Shown: in pieces, positions 47,777-58,600 of the stretch
How the letters are laid out: each line of letters begins with the position of its first letter
Numbering within the stretch: position 1 is the stretch's first letter
Assembly (NCBI RefSeq): GCF_004353825.1
Contig: NZ_SMNA01000002.1
Location: 434,001 to 498,000 of the forward strand
Direction of reading: 5' to 3'
Origin: Occultella glacieicola
GTDB taxonomy: Bacteria > Actinomycetota > Actinomycetes > Actinomycetales > Beutenbergiaceae
Length of the DNA stretch: 64,000 bases
The notes under the pieces: generated by a model
Told to the model about the DNA's origin: nothing
Database searches by the model: none
Seen by the model: only the letters and a program-made list of their open reading frames with translations
Made by a program: the position numbers and the translations under genes

Positions 47777-48634
47777 GTGACCACCGAAGCCCCGGACCAC
47801 TGGGTCCTGACCCTCTCCTGCCCCGACCGCCCCGGGATCGTGCACGCCGTCGCCGGGGTGCTCGCCGCGAACGGCGGCAACATCACCGAGTCCCAGCAGT
47901 TCGGTGACGCGGGCACCGGGCTGTTCTTCATGCGGGTGCAGGTGGAGTCCGCGGCCACGGAGGCGGACCTGGAGTCCGCGCTGACCGAGGTCGCCACGGA
48001 GTTCTCGATGACGTGGTCCCTGGACCGGGTGGGTCGCCCGGTGCGCACTGTGGTGATGGTCTCCACCGCGGCCCATTGCCTCAACGACCTGCTGTTCCGC
48101 GAGCGCGAAGGCCGACTCCCGATCCAGGTGGTGGCCGTGGTCTCCAACCACACCGAGCTGGCGCCGATGGCCCAGTTCTACGGGGTGCCGTTCCACCACA
48201 TCCCGGTGACGAGGGACACCAAGCCGGCCGCCGAGCGGGCCCTGCTGGACCTGGTCGACGAGCTCGACGCCGAGCTTGTGGTGATGGCCCGCTACATGCA
48301 GATCCTCTCCGACGACCTGTGCCGGGCACTCGACGGCCGGATCATCAACATCCACCACTCGTTCCTGCCGAGTTTCAAGGGCGCCCGGCCGTACGCGCAG
48401 GCGCACGACCGTGGCGTCAAACTCATCGGCGCGACGGCCCACTACGCGACCGCCTCGCTCGACGAGGGCCCGATCATCGAGCAGGACGTGGAGCGGGTCA
48501 CCCACGCCGACGACGCCGGCGAACTCGTCGCGATCGGTCAGGACGTGGAACGGCGGGTGCTCGCCCGCGCGGTGCGCTGGCACGCCGAGCACCGCGTGCT
48601 CATCGACGGGCACCGCACGGTCGTCTTCCGCTGA
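47777..48634 (+). CDS. purU: Formyltetrahydrofolate deformylase
   Basis: CPDRPGIV ACT domain, HCLNDLL, ARYMQIL, INIHHSFLPSFKG, GVKLIGATAHY and DEGPIIEQ. Confidence 0.96.
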   Translation: MTTEAPDHWVLTLSCPDRPGIVHAVAGVLAANGGNITESQQFGDAGTGLFFMRVQVESAATEADLESALTEVATEFSMTWSLDRVGRPVRTVVMVSTAAHCLNDLLFREREGRLPIQVVAVVSNHTELAPMAQFYGVPFHHIPVTRDTKPAAERALLDLVDELDAELVVMARYMQILSDDLCRALDGRIINIHHSFLPSFKGARPYAQAHDRGVKLIGATAHYATASLDEGPIIEQDVERVTHADDAGELVAIGQDVERRVLARAVRWHAEHRVLIDGHRTVVFR

Positions 48635-48655
48635 TCGTCGCGCCTGCGGCCACGA

Positions 48656-48686
48656 CGAACGCCCCGCCGTATGGGCGGGGCGTTCG
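48656..48686. terminator. Terminator hairpin between convergent genes
   Basis: CGAACGCCCCGCC-gtatg-GGCGGGGCGTTCG. Confidence 0.75.
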
Positions 48687-48760
48687 GGGACCGAGCGGTG
48701 CTCGACGGCGGCACTCACGTCTGGCAGGGGGCGTCGCCGCTGCTCGTGGGTGCGGCCGAC

Positions 48761-49393
48761 CTACGGGCGGTACTCGCCGGGCCGAGGGCCGGAGTCGGTG
48801 CCCGACGTCGGGTAGCCGCCCGGCGGGGTGACACCCGGCGGCGTGGTCGGACCCGGCATGCCGGAGGCCCCGGACCCGGTGTAGGCACTCGGGTCGAACG
48901 AGCCGCCCGGCGCCATCGCCACGGCCTTCTTGGCCTTGTTCCACTGGATGAGACCGCGGATACCGAGGATCAGGCCGATCAGCATGAAGTACCACGGGAA
49001 GAAGTACGTCCCACCGGTCGGACTGCTCGCCGCGACCGCGAAGCTGATGACGAAGACCAGCACGGCGGCGGCGAGGATCCCGAAGCCGACCAGCATCCCG
49101 TTCCGGGCCTTCTTGACCTCCTGCTGGGCCAGGGCGGCCGAGGCGGTCCCGGACGCGGCGTCACCGTAGGGCGAGGCGCCATACGGTGACCCACCGGCCG
49201 GCGCGGCGGAACCGGGGCCGTAGCCCGGGTTCTGCCCGGCCATCGGGGCGGCGGCCGACCCGGCGGCGTCCTCGACCCAGTAGTTCCAGCCGGCCGGTGC
49301 CGGCGGCCACGACGGGTCCGGCTGCCAGCCCTCGGGCGGGGTGAAGTTCGGCGGGACCTGCCACCCGGGCGGGGCGTTGAATCGTTGGCTCAT
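48761..49393 (-). CDS. Pro/Gly-rich two-TM membrane protein with N-terminal Pro-Trp motif
   Basis: N-terminus FNAPPGWQVPPNFTPPEGWQPDPSWPPAPAGWNYW and two TM helices. TAGGCT -10 lies 7 nt before the ATG. Confidence 0.78.
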   Translation of the reverse strand: MSQRFNAPPGWQVPPNFTPPEGWQPDPSWPPAPAGWNYWVEDAAGSAAAPMAGQNPGYGPGSAAPAGGSPYGASPYGDAASGTASAALAQQEVKKARNGMLVGFGILAAAVLVFVISFAVAASSPTGGTYFFPWYFMLIGLILGIRGLIQWNKAKKAVAMAPGGSFDPSAYTGSGASGMPGPTTPPGVTPPGGYPTSGTDSGPRPGEYRP

Positions 49394-49480
49394 GCGGTGC
49401 AGCCTAGGGCAATCGAGGGGCGGCGCCGGTCACCGTCCATGGGCACTCTTGCCCACCCCGCCGGTCCGGCGCCGACCCCG

Positions 49481-52400
49481 TCACCGCGCGAATCGGAGCG
49501 TGCAGATCTGGAACGGCCGCAGCCCGAGCGTGACCGTCCCGGCGTCGGTGGCCACGACCGCGCCGGTGCCCTCGCCCAGCGGTCGCTCGAGCAGGTCCGT
49601 CGCCGTGACCGACGTCACCGGGAAGTCCGCGGTGACTGCCGCCGTGGCCCGGCCGCCGAGCGACTCGTACAGTCGCACGATCACGTCCCCGCTGCCGTCC
49701 TCGGCGAGCTTCACGGCCTCGATGACCACGGCGTCGTTGTCGCTGCGCAACAGCGGCGCGACCGCCGCCGTGCCGGCGCCGGCCACGGTGCGCACCGGCA
49801 GGTTCATCCGGTACCCCTCCTGCACGGACTCGGCGATGCCGGCGCCCGGGCGGATGCTCGAGCGCAGCACGTGCGCGCCCTGGTCGGCGTCCGGGTCCGG
49901 GAACAAGGGTGCTCGCAGCAGGGACTGGCGCACCACGGTGATCGGGCGGCCGGCCGGGTCGAGGTCGGCGCGGATGTCGTGGCCGTAGGTCTGGTCGTTG
50001 GCGACCGCGACCCCGTAGCCGGCCTCGCCCACGTGCACCCAGCGGTGCGCGACGGTCTCGAACCGGGCCGCGTCCCAGGAGGTGTTCGTGGCAGTGGGCC
50101 GGTGAAGGTGCCCGAACTGGATCTCGGACGTGGCCCGCTCGGCCTGGACGTCCACGGGGAAGGCCAGCTTGAGCAGCTTCTGCCGCTCGTGCCAGTCCAC
50201 CTCGGTGGTGATCTCCAGGGCGTCGTCGGCCAGTTCGAGCCGCTGGGTGATGGTCGAGGAGCCGAGCCGACGGCGGATCACCAGCCGGGTGGTCTCCTCG
50301 CCGCCACCGGCGGGCTCGACGGCGATCTCCTCGGCGGCGTCGAGATCGCTCACCACGCGGCGGTAGTGGGCGTCGATGTCCCAGGCGTCCCACTCGTTCG
50401 GGATGTCCCGGTGCACCTGGAGCAGGTTGGCGGCCATCCCGGCCGGGACCACCTCACGGTCGGCCGGGAGGTCGCGCAGGGAGGTGACCAGACCGCGTGC
50501 GTCGACCACGACCTGGAGGTGGGAGTTGCTCAGGACCCAGCCCTCGCCGTCGGGCTCGATCGTGGCGCCCGGTTCCGCCGCCGGGGCGGCGCCGCCGAGG
50601 GCGGGGACGCCGGCGCGCGCGAACGGTCCGGCGTTCAGGGCGATCTCGTCCTGGCCGGTGCCGACCAGGTGACCGATCGCGGTCGCGATGAGTGACTCGA
50701 GCTCCGCCGCGATCTCGGTGTAGTTGCGCTCGGCCTCCCGGTGCACCCAGGCGATCGACGAGCCGGGCAGGATGTCGTGGAACTGCTGCAGCAGCACCAA
50801 CCTCCAGATCCGGCGCAGGTCGTCGGCCGGGTAGGCGGCGCCGGTGCGCACGGTGGCCGTGGCGGCCCACAGCTCGGCCTCCCGGAGCAGGTGCTCGCTG
50901 CGCCGGTTGCCGGCCTTCGTACGGTGCTGGGAGGTGTAGGTGCCGCGGTGGTACTCCAGGTACATCTCGCCGGTCCAGGTGGGCGGGTCGGCGTACTCGG
51001 CGCGGGCCTGGGTGAAGAAGTTCTCGGGCGTGGACAGCGTCACCTTCGGCGACCCCTCGAGGTCGGCGGTGCGCCGGGCCGCGGCGAGCATCTCCCGGGT
51101 CGGGCCGCCGCCGCCGTCGCCGTAGCCGTAGGGCAGCAGCGAGGTGTTCGCGCGGCCCTTCTCGGCGTACTGGCGCTGCGCCTTGGCCAGTTCCGCGCCG
51201 CTGATCATGGAGTTGTAGGTGTCCACGGGCGGGAAGTGGGTGAAGATCCGGGTGCCGTCGGTACCGGCCCATTCGAACGTGTGGTGCGGGAACCTATTCG
51301 TGTCGTTCCAGGAGATCTTCTGGGTGAGCAGGAACTCCTTGCCGCTGGCCCGGGCGATCTGCGGCAGCGCGGCGGTGTAGCCGAAGGAGTCCGGCAGCCA
51401 CACCTCTTTCGGCTCGACCCCGAACTCGTCGATGAAGAACTGGGTGCCGGCCACGAACTGCCGGGCCAGGGCCTCACCGCCGGGCATGTTCGTGTCCGAC
51501 TCCACCCACATCCCACCGACCGGGATGAACCGGCCCTCGCGGACCCGCTCGGCGATGCGCGCGTACAGCTCCGGGTAGTACTCCTTCATCCACGCGTACT
51601 GCTGGGCGGAGGAGCAGGCGAACGTGACGTCCGGGTCGGTGTCCATCAGGTTCAGCACGTTCGCGAACGTGCGGGCGCACTTGCGGACGGTCTCCCGGAC
51701 CGGCCACAGCCACGCCGAGTCGATGTGGGCATGCCCGACGGCGTGCAGCCGGTGCGCGCTCGCGCTCGCCGGGGCGGACCGCACGTCGGCGAGGGCCTCA
51801 CGGCCGCTCGCGGCGGTTCCGGGCAGGTCGTCGGGGTCGACGGCGTCGAGCATGTCCTCCAGGGCGCGCAGGATCTCGGCGCGTCGGGGGGAGTCGGCCG
51901 GGAGTTCGAGCATCAGGCCCTGCAGCGCCGTGACGTCCTGGTGCAGCTCCCAGACGTCGACGTCCAGCAGCGCCAGGTCCGCGGCCCGCAGTTCATAGAT
52001 CGGGTCGGTGCCGGCGGTCGCCTTGTCACCCATCGGTGTCGGCTTGATCCACTGGCCGTTCGGCACGTCCGGGTTCGCGGCGGCCTCCACGTACAGGTCC
52101 ACCCACTCCCCCGGTGCCACGTCGAGCGGCAGGTAGTGGTTGCGGGGCTCGAGACCCTTCAGGAGCACCCCGTCGGGTGACCAGATGGCTCCCTCGGTCT
52201 GGAAGCCGGGGCCGGCGTCGGAGAACCCCAGGTCGACCAGGAGTTCCAGCCGGACCGGGCCCACGCCGTCGGCCGCTCCGGACAGGTCCTGCGCCCACCC
52301 CTCGGGCACCTGCCCGCGCACGTGGAACCAGACCGTGCTCCACGGGCGGCCCCACGGGCTGCCCACCTCGAACGGGGCGAAGTCCTGGGTGAGCGCCTCG

Positions 52401-52537
52401 GCGAACGGCACCGGTTCGTCCGGGACCTCCCACGCGGTGACGGTCAACTGGCTGCGGGCGCGGTAGCCGGCGGCGTCGAGCCGCTCGGAGATGAAGCGGC
52501 GCAGGCGGTGCTCGGTACGGGCGGTGGTGTCATGCAC
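49481..52537 (-). CDS. Alpha-mannosidase, GH38
   Basis: GHAHIDSAWLWP, GGMWVE.D, WLPDSFGY, GYGDGGGG, GEMYLEYHRGTYTS and QFHDILPGS. GTG start at 52537 inferred. Confidence 0.93.
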   Translation of the reverse strand: MHDTTARTEHRLRRFISERLDAAGYRARSQLTVTAWEVPDEPVPFAEALTQDFAPFEVGSPWGRPWSTVWFHVRGQVPEGWAQDLSGAADGVGPVRLELLVDLGFSDAGPGFQTEGAIWSPDGVLLKGLEPRNHYLPLDVAPGEWVDLYVEAAANPDVPNGQWIKPTPMGDKATAGTDPIYELRAADLALLDVDVWELHQDVTALQGLMLELPADSPRRAEILRALEDMLDAVDPDDLPGTAASGREALADVRSAPASASAHRLHAVGHAHIDSAWLWPVRETVRKCARTFANVLNLMDTDPDVTFACSSAQQYAWMKEYYPELYARIAERVREGRFIPVGGMWVESDTNMPGGEALARQFVAGTQFFIDEFGVEPKEVWLPDSFGYTAALPQIARASGKEFLLTQKISWNDTNRFPHHTFEWAGTDGTRIFTHFPPVDTYNSMISGAELAKAQRQYAEKGRANTSLLPYGYGDGGGGPTREMLAAARRTADLEGSPKVTLSTPENFFTQARAEYADPPTWTGEMYLEYHRGTYTSQHRTKAGNRRSEHLLREAELWAATATVRTGAAYPADDLRRIWRLVLLQQFHDILPGSSIAWVHREAERNYTEIAAELESLIATAIGHLVGTGQDEIALNAGPFARAGVPALGGAAPAAEPGATIEPDGEGWVLSNSHLQVVVDARGLVTSLRDLPADREVVPAGMAANLLQVHRDIPNEWDAWDIDAHYRRVVSDLDAAEEIAVEPAGGGEETTRLVIRRRLGSSTITQRLELADDALEITTEVDWHERQKLLKLAFPVDVQAERATSEIQFGHLHRPTATNTSWDAARFETVAHRWVHVGEAGYGVAVANDQTYGHDIRADLDPAGRPITVVRQSLLRAPLFPDPDADQGAHVLRSSIRPGAGIAESVQEGYRMNLPVRTVAGAGTAAVAPLLRSDNDAVVIEAVKLAEDGSGDVIVRLYESLGGRATAAVTADFPVTSVTATDLLERPLGEGTGAVVATDAGTVTLGLRPFQICTLRFAR

Positions 52538-52628
52538 GGCGGCGGGACTCCGGTGTCGGTGGGGCAGGCCAGCGTCCAGCCTAGTCGGAGCGGCGGCCCA
52601 TGGCTGCCACGGGGGCCGCACGGCGGAC

Positions 52629-55600
52629 TCAGGTCCAGCACACCTCCGGCAGGCCCGGGAACAGCGCGCGCAGCAGCGCGATCAGGATCCGCAGGATCCA
52701 TCCGGCCAGCCCTGGCGGCAGGTCCACGCACTGCGGCGGCTCGGTCACCTCGACCACCAGGCCAGCCTCGGCGGACACCCCGGAGGACAGCCCGGTCGCG
52801 GTCACGGTGTACGTTCCGGCCGCCGTCTGCGCCGGGATGGTGACGGCGCCGACCGCCGCACCCGCGCTGTCCACGTTGAGCACGGTCAGCGACCCCTCGC
52901 CGAGGGTGAGCTCGACGTCCTCATCCGGTGCGAACCCGGTGACGGCGACCTCCACCTGCTCCCCGGGGCCGGCGCTCGCCGGGCTCAGGGTGAGCGCCGG
53001 GTCCAGCGGGACCACCGGCTCGGCGGGGTCGACGAGCACGGCGACCGTGCGCGCCGGGATGGTCACGGTGCCGCTGGTGGCGTCCCAGACGGTCCCCCGG
53101 ACCACCTCGTCCGCGCCCTCGGCCTGGACGTCGGAGAGTTCGAGGTCGCGGCCGGCGAAGCCGTCGACGGTCTCGGTGATCGGGTCGGGCGTCGTGTTCA
53201 GGACCACGAGCACCCCGTCGAGCCCCGCGTCGACATCCTCCGCGTACGCGCCGGCGGCGTCGTCGATGCTCATCACGACCAGGCCCGCGGTGGCGTCCGG
53301 GCCGGAGCCCGGGAACGTGACCCGCTCGGTGATCAGGTCGGTCTCGCCGAGCCGGAACAACGGCGTGGAGAACCGCAGCCGGAGCAGGTCCTGGGCCATC
53401 GCGGCGGACTGGGCGATCTGGTCCGGCGCGGGCACCAGCGCGGGATCCGCGAGCAGCGGGCCCTGCACCGCCCAGTTCGCCCCGTTGTCCCGTTGCGGCG
53501 GGAGCCCGGTGCCGAACACCGAGTCCTGCATCGTCCAGTCGATCTCGTTGAAGTGGTCGCCGGAGTTGTAGCTGTTGCGGTCCAGGGACTTGCTGCGCAG
53601 CAGGTCGGTGCCGGCGTGCCAGAAGGACGGCGTCTGGGACAGCGCCGTGGTGGCCAGCGCGAGGGTGTTCATCCGGACCCGCTCGTCGACGGTGGAGTCC
53701 GCGGGCAGGCGCAGCGCGAGCAGGTCGTAGAGCGTCTCGTTGTCGTGGGCGTCGACGTAGGTGACCACCTCCTCGGGTGAGGTCGCGTATCCGGCCGGCT
53801 GTCCGTTGTAGTCGAGTTGGTCCCCGCGCAACCAGGCCCCGGAGGAGGTCAGGAACTCGTAGGAGGCGAGGTTCCCGGCCAGGCCCAGTCGGACCAGGTC
53901 CGCGCGGTGCTGCAGGTCCGCGAGCTGGCCCGGGGTCTGGGCGCCGGTCACGGCGTTGTTGTCGGTGTACAGCCCGGTGCCGAAGCCCTGCTGCTGCAGG
54001 GTGCCGTGCCCGCCCTGCACCGCGTCCCGGAGCCGGTCCGAGAAGGTGCCGATGCCGGTGCCGTCGAGCTGACCCTGGGTGGCCTGTTCGAAGAGCCGGT
54101 TGTTCGCCACCTCCCCGAAGTTCCAGCCCTCCCCGTAGAGGTAGATCGAGGCGCCGTCGACGCCGTCCTCGGCGATGGTGAGGGTGTCCAGCGCAGCGCG
54201 GACCGCCTCCAAGTTCGCCCGGGAGTGGTGGCCCATCAGGTCGAACCGGAAGCCGTCCACGCGGTACTCCCGGGCCCAGGTCAGCACGGAGTCGACCATC
54301 AGGTCCTGCGCCATCGCATGCTCGGTGGCCACGTTCTGGCAGCAGGTCGAGGTCTCCACCTGCCCGGCCGCGTCGAGGCGCTGGTAGTAGCCCGGCACGA
54401 CCCGGTCCAGGACCGACAATGCGTCCTGGCCGGACGCGGCGGTGTGGTTGAACACCTGGTCCAGCACCACCCGCAGGTCCGCGTCGTGCAGGGCTCCGAC
54501 CATCGAGCGGAACTCCGCCACCCGGGCCCCGCCGTCCTGGTGGCCCGGGCTCGCGTAGGAACCCTCCGGGGTGGTGAAGTGCAGCGGGTCGTATCCCCAG
54601 TTGAAGCCGTCGGTGTCCGCGGCCGCCATCACCGCGGCCTGCTGGCCGGGCGAGTCCGGGGCGGCGTCCGGGACCACCGGGACGGACTGCTCCGCACGCG
54701 CCTCGGGGATCGTCGCGATGTCGAAGGTGGGCAGCAGGTGCACGGTGGTCAGGCCGGCGTCGGCGAGATCGCGCAGGTGGGTCATCCCAGCGCTGTCGGT
54801 CTGCGTGAAGGCCGCATAGCTGCCGCGCAGCGGCTCGGGCACGCTCTCGTCGGCGATGGAGAAGTCACGCACGTGCAGTTCGTAGATCGTCTGGTCGACG
54901 CCGCGGATCGCGTCCGGGTTCGGGGTGTCCGCCCACAGGGCCGGTTGGTAGGACGGGTCGTCCAGGTCCACGAGCACCGAGTGCGTCGAGTCCACGGTCA
55001 ACGCGACCGAGTACGGGTCGGTGACCACGTTGTGCTCGACGGCGTCGGTGCCGGGCACGTAGACCTCGATGTCCCAGAGGTAGGCACGGTCGCGCCAGTC
55101 GGCGGCGCCGGCCACGGTCCAGGTGCCGTCGGCCTGCCGGGTCGCGGCGAGCCGTTCCGGTTCCCCGGTGCCGGTGCCGTCGTCGAAGAGCAGCAGGTCC
55201 ACGTCGCGGGCGGTCGGCGCCCAGACGGCGACGCTCACGGCCCCGTCGGCGTGCCAGGTGGCACCCAGCGGCGCCTGGGCTGCGTCCTGGGCGTAGAGGT
55301 CGTCAAGGACACCCGGCAGCTGCACACCGGTGAACACGGTCAGGGCGCCACCGGCGTTGTGCGCGGTGAGGGCGAGCTGGCCGGTGAGGGCCGCCTCGAC
55401 GGCGGCGCGGTCCAGGTCCGTGACCGCCAGCGCGACCGAGTCGGCCAGGTGCGGGTACCGCTCGCGCAGTTGCGGGTCGAGCCCGGTGTCGATGACCTCG
55501 AGACCGGTGGCGGTGCCGCCGGTGACGTCGTTGCCGGCGAGCGTCAGCCCGCCGTCGGGCGCGGTGACCAGCGCCCAGGCCAGGTCCGTGGGGGCGGCGC

Positions 55601-58600
55601 CGGCGGGCAGCAGGTCGCGCGGCACCGCGATGGTGGTCTGGTCCAGCCAGTGCACCCGCCACTGCCCGACGCCGGCCGTCGGGTAGTCGGTGACGGCGAT
55701 CGTGAGCTGGTGGGTGGCCAGGTCGTAGGCGAACTGCACGAACTGGCCGGCGCCCACGGTGAAGGCGATGTTCGCGCCGCCCGCCGCGCCGCCCGCGCCG
55801 TAGTTCTCGTCCCAGCTCAGCCCGTGCGCGACCTTCACCTCGTAGCCGCCCGCGGGGAGGGCGTTCGTGGACCAGGTGAACACGCCGTCGCCGTCGGGGT
55901 CCTGCATCCAGGTGCGCAGGCAGCCGGGATCCCAGTCGCCGGCGCAGCCGACCTCGGAGTTCAGGCTGCCGGGGAGGGTGACCACCGGGGTCTGTGCCGT
56001 GTTCGAGAAGTAGTGCGTGACCGGGTCGTAGTAGAACGTGACGGGTCCGCCGGCGTGGGTGTAGGAGGAGTTGGCGCCGTCGCGCACCCCGCCGACGCCG
56101 TAGTTCTCGGCCCAGGACCCGCCGATCGCGACCTTGTACTCGTAGGCGCCGGCCGGCAGGTCGAACGTGCCGGTGTAGAGGCCGTGCTCGCCGAGGGTCA
56201 GCGCCGCCGCCTCGCAGTCCGGGGACCAGTCCGAGGCGCAGCCCATCGCGGTGTTGTGGGTGCCGGGGATCGTGACGGTGGCCGCACCCGGGTCGGTCTC
56301 GACCACACCGTTGACCGCGAAGCCGACGTTGGCGTAGGTGGAGGCCGCGGTCCGGTTCCCGGCCGCGTCCACGGTGACGGCCCGGTACTCCAGGAGGGTG
56401 CCGGCGGCCAGGTCGCCGGTGTCGTGGAAGACCCGGGGCGTGGTGTCCTCGGCGGTGCCGAGGAGCTGCCAGTCCTGGGTGCCGACCACCCGGACGGAGA
56501 ACGTGGTCTCGCTCCAGGTGTGGTCGGAGGCGTCCGCGCCGATCGGGGCGAGGCCCTCGACGGCGCTGCCGGGCAGGGGTGTCAGCACCGGCGCGAGGAT
56601 CTCGCTCGGCACCGCGACCTGCGCGTCAGCACGGAGCACGACGGCGGAGAGCGGGTCGACGGTGAGGCTCACCTCGCCGGCGGCGTCCGCCGTGACCGTC
56701 TGCGGCGTCCCGTACAGCGTGGCGTAGGTGGCGCCGGGGGTCAGGGTGGTCAGCGTGATCGTGCGGGCGGCGGTCTCGTTGTTGAGCGCGACGAGGTGCT
56801 CGACGCGTTCGGTGCGGTCCACGCGGGCGAAGGCGTACACGCCGCCGTCGGCGGCGAGCTCGATCTGGGCGCCGCCGGACAGCGCCGGGTTGGCGCTGCG
56901 CAGCGCGGCGAGCTCGGCGATGTGGGTGTACAGCGGCGCGTCGGTGTCGTAGCGGTCCACGGATCCGGCCTGTTCGCCGGTGAGCAGCGGCTGATCGATG
57001 TAGAGGGGCGTCTGCGAGGCGAACAGGGACTGCCGGGCGCCCTTGTCGTTGCCGGTGCCGATGAAGCCCTGCTCGTCGCCGTAGTAGACCACCGGCTGGC
57101 CGCGGGTGAGATACATCAGGGAGTGGGCCAGCTCGGACCGCTGGAGCGGGTCGGACACGTCGCCGAGGAGGTACCCGAGCCGGCCCATGTCGTGGTTGCC
57201 GAGGAACGTCGGGAGGGCGTCCGCCGAGGAGGTCGGGGTGGTGTAGTGGTCGTCGGAGGCGAACAGGCCCGCGAGCGCGTTCGCGCCCGCGCCGCGGGCG
57301 TAGTTCGCGGCCGCTGCCTGGTAGGCGAAGTCCAGGACCGCGTCCATGTCGGTGTCGCGCACGTACGGGGAGATGAGCCGGGCGTCCGCGTCGTAGACCT
57401 CGCCGAAGCTGAAGAAGTCGTCGTTGCCGATCGCGCCGGCGTGCTCGGTGATCGCGGCGGTGAACGTCTCCCAGAACTCGGGGTTGACGTGCTTGACCGT
57501 GTCGATCCGGAACCCGTCGATGCCGAGGTCCATCCAGGTGGTGTAGATGTCGATCATGCCCTCGACGACCTCGGGGTCCTCGGTCATCAGGTCGTCGAGG
57601 CCGTCGAAGTCGCCGTAGGTCACCGACTCCCCCGACCAGGTCGAGTTGCCGCGGTTGTGGTAGAGCGTGACGTCGTTCAGCCAGTCGGGCACCATCGCCG
57701 GGCGCGCCTCGGCACGCACCGGGGTGTACGGGAAGGACGTGGCGGCGTCGAGCGCCGGGAAGTCCGGGGAGCCGGCCACGTCGGAGGGATCGAACGGGAC
57801 GCCGTCGGCGGTCAGATACGGGGAGGTGGCCTGGTCGATGTAGCCGTACTCGCCCTCGGCGTAGTCGATCAGGTCCGCGGTGTGGTTGGTGATGATGTCG
57901 AAGTAGACGTCGATGCCGCGCGCGTGGGCGTCCTCGATGAATGCCTCCAGCTCCGCGTTCGTGCCGAGGTGCGGGTCGATCTGGGTGAAGTCGGTGATCC
58001 AGTAGCCGTGGTAGCCGGCCGAGGCGTCCGCACCGGTGCCCTGGACCGCCTGGTTCGTGAACGAGGGGGTCAGCCAGATCGCGGTGGTGCCGAGGCCCTC
58101 GATGTAGTCGAGCCGGTTGGTCAGGCCGGCGATGTCGCCCCCGTGGTAGAAGCCCTGGTTCGTCGGGTCGTGCCCGGAGACCAGCGGGTCGTCGCCGAGG
58201 CCCGCCGTGTCGTTGGCGGGGTCGCCGTTGGCGAACCGGTCGGTGAGCACGAAGTAGAACTGCTCGCCGGCGCCCTCGCTGCGCACCGGGTCCGCGACCA
58301 GTTCGGCGTCCGCCTCGCTGTAGTCGCCGCGCAGGTCGAGCACCTGCAGGCCGACCCGGTGCGTCCCGTCGTCGTAGCTGAACCGCAGGGTGGCCTCTCC
58401 GGGCAGCACCAGCGGGATGTTCGCGTCGCCGCCGTCCAGCCCGTACGCCTCGTCCCAGGTGCCGTCGAGGGCCACCTTGTACTCCCAGGTGCCGGCGGGC
58501 AAACTAAACTCGGCCGCGTAGACGCCGTCCACGTCGGTGCCGATGAGCGTGGTCGCGGCACAGTTCGTCTGCCAGTCCTCGGCGCACCCGAGTTCGGACT

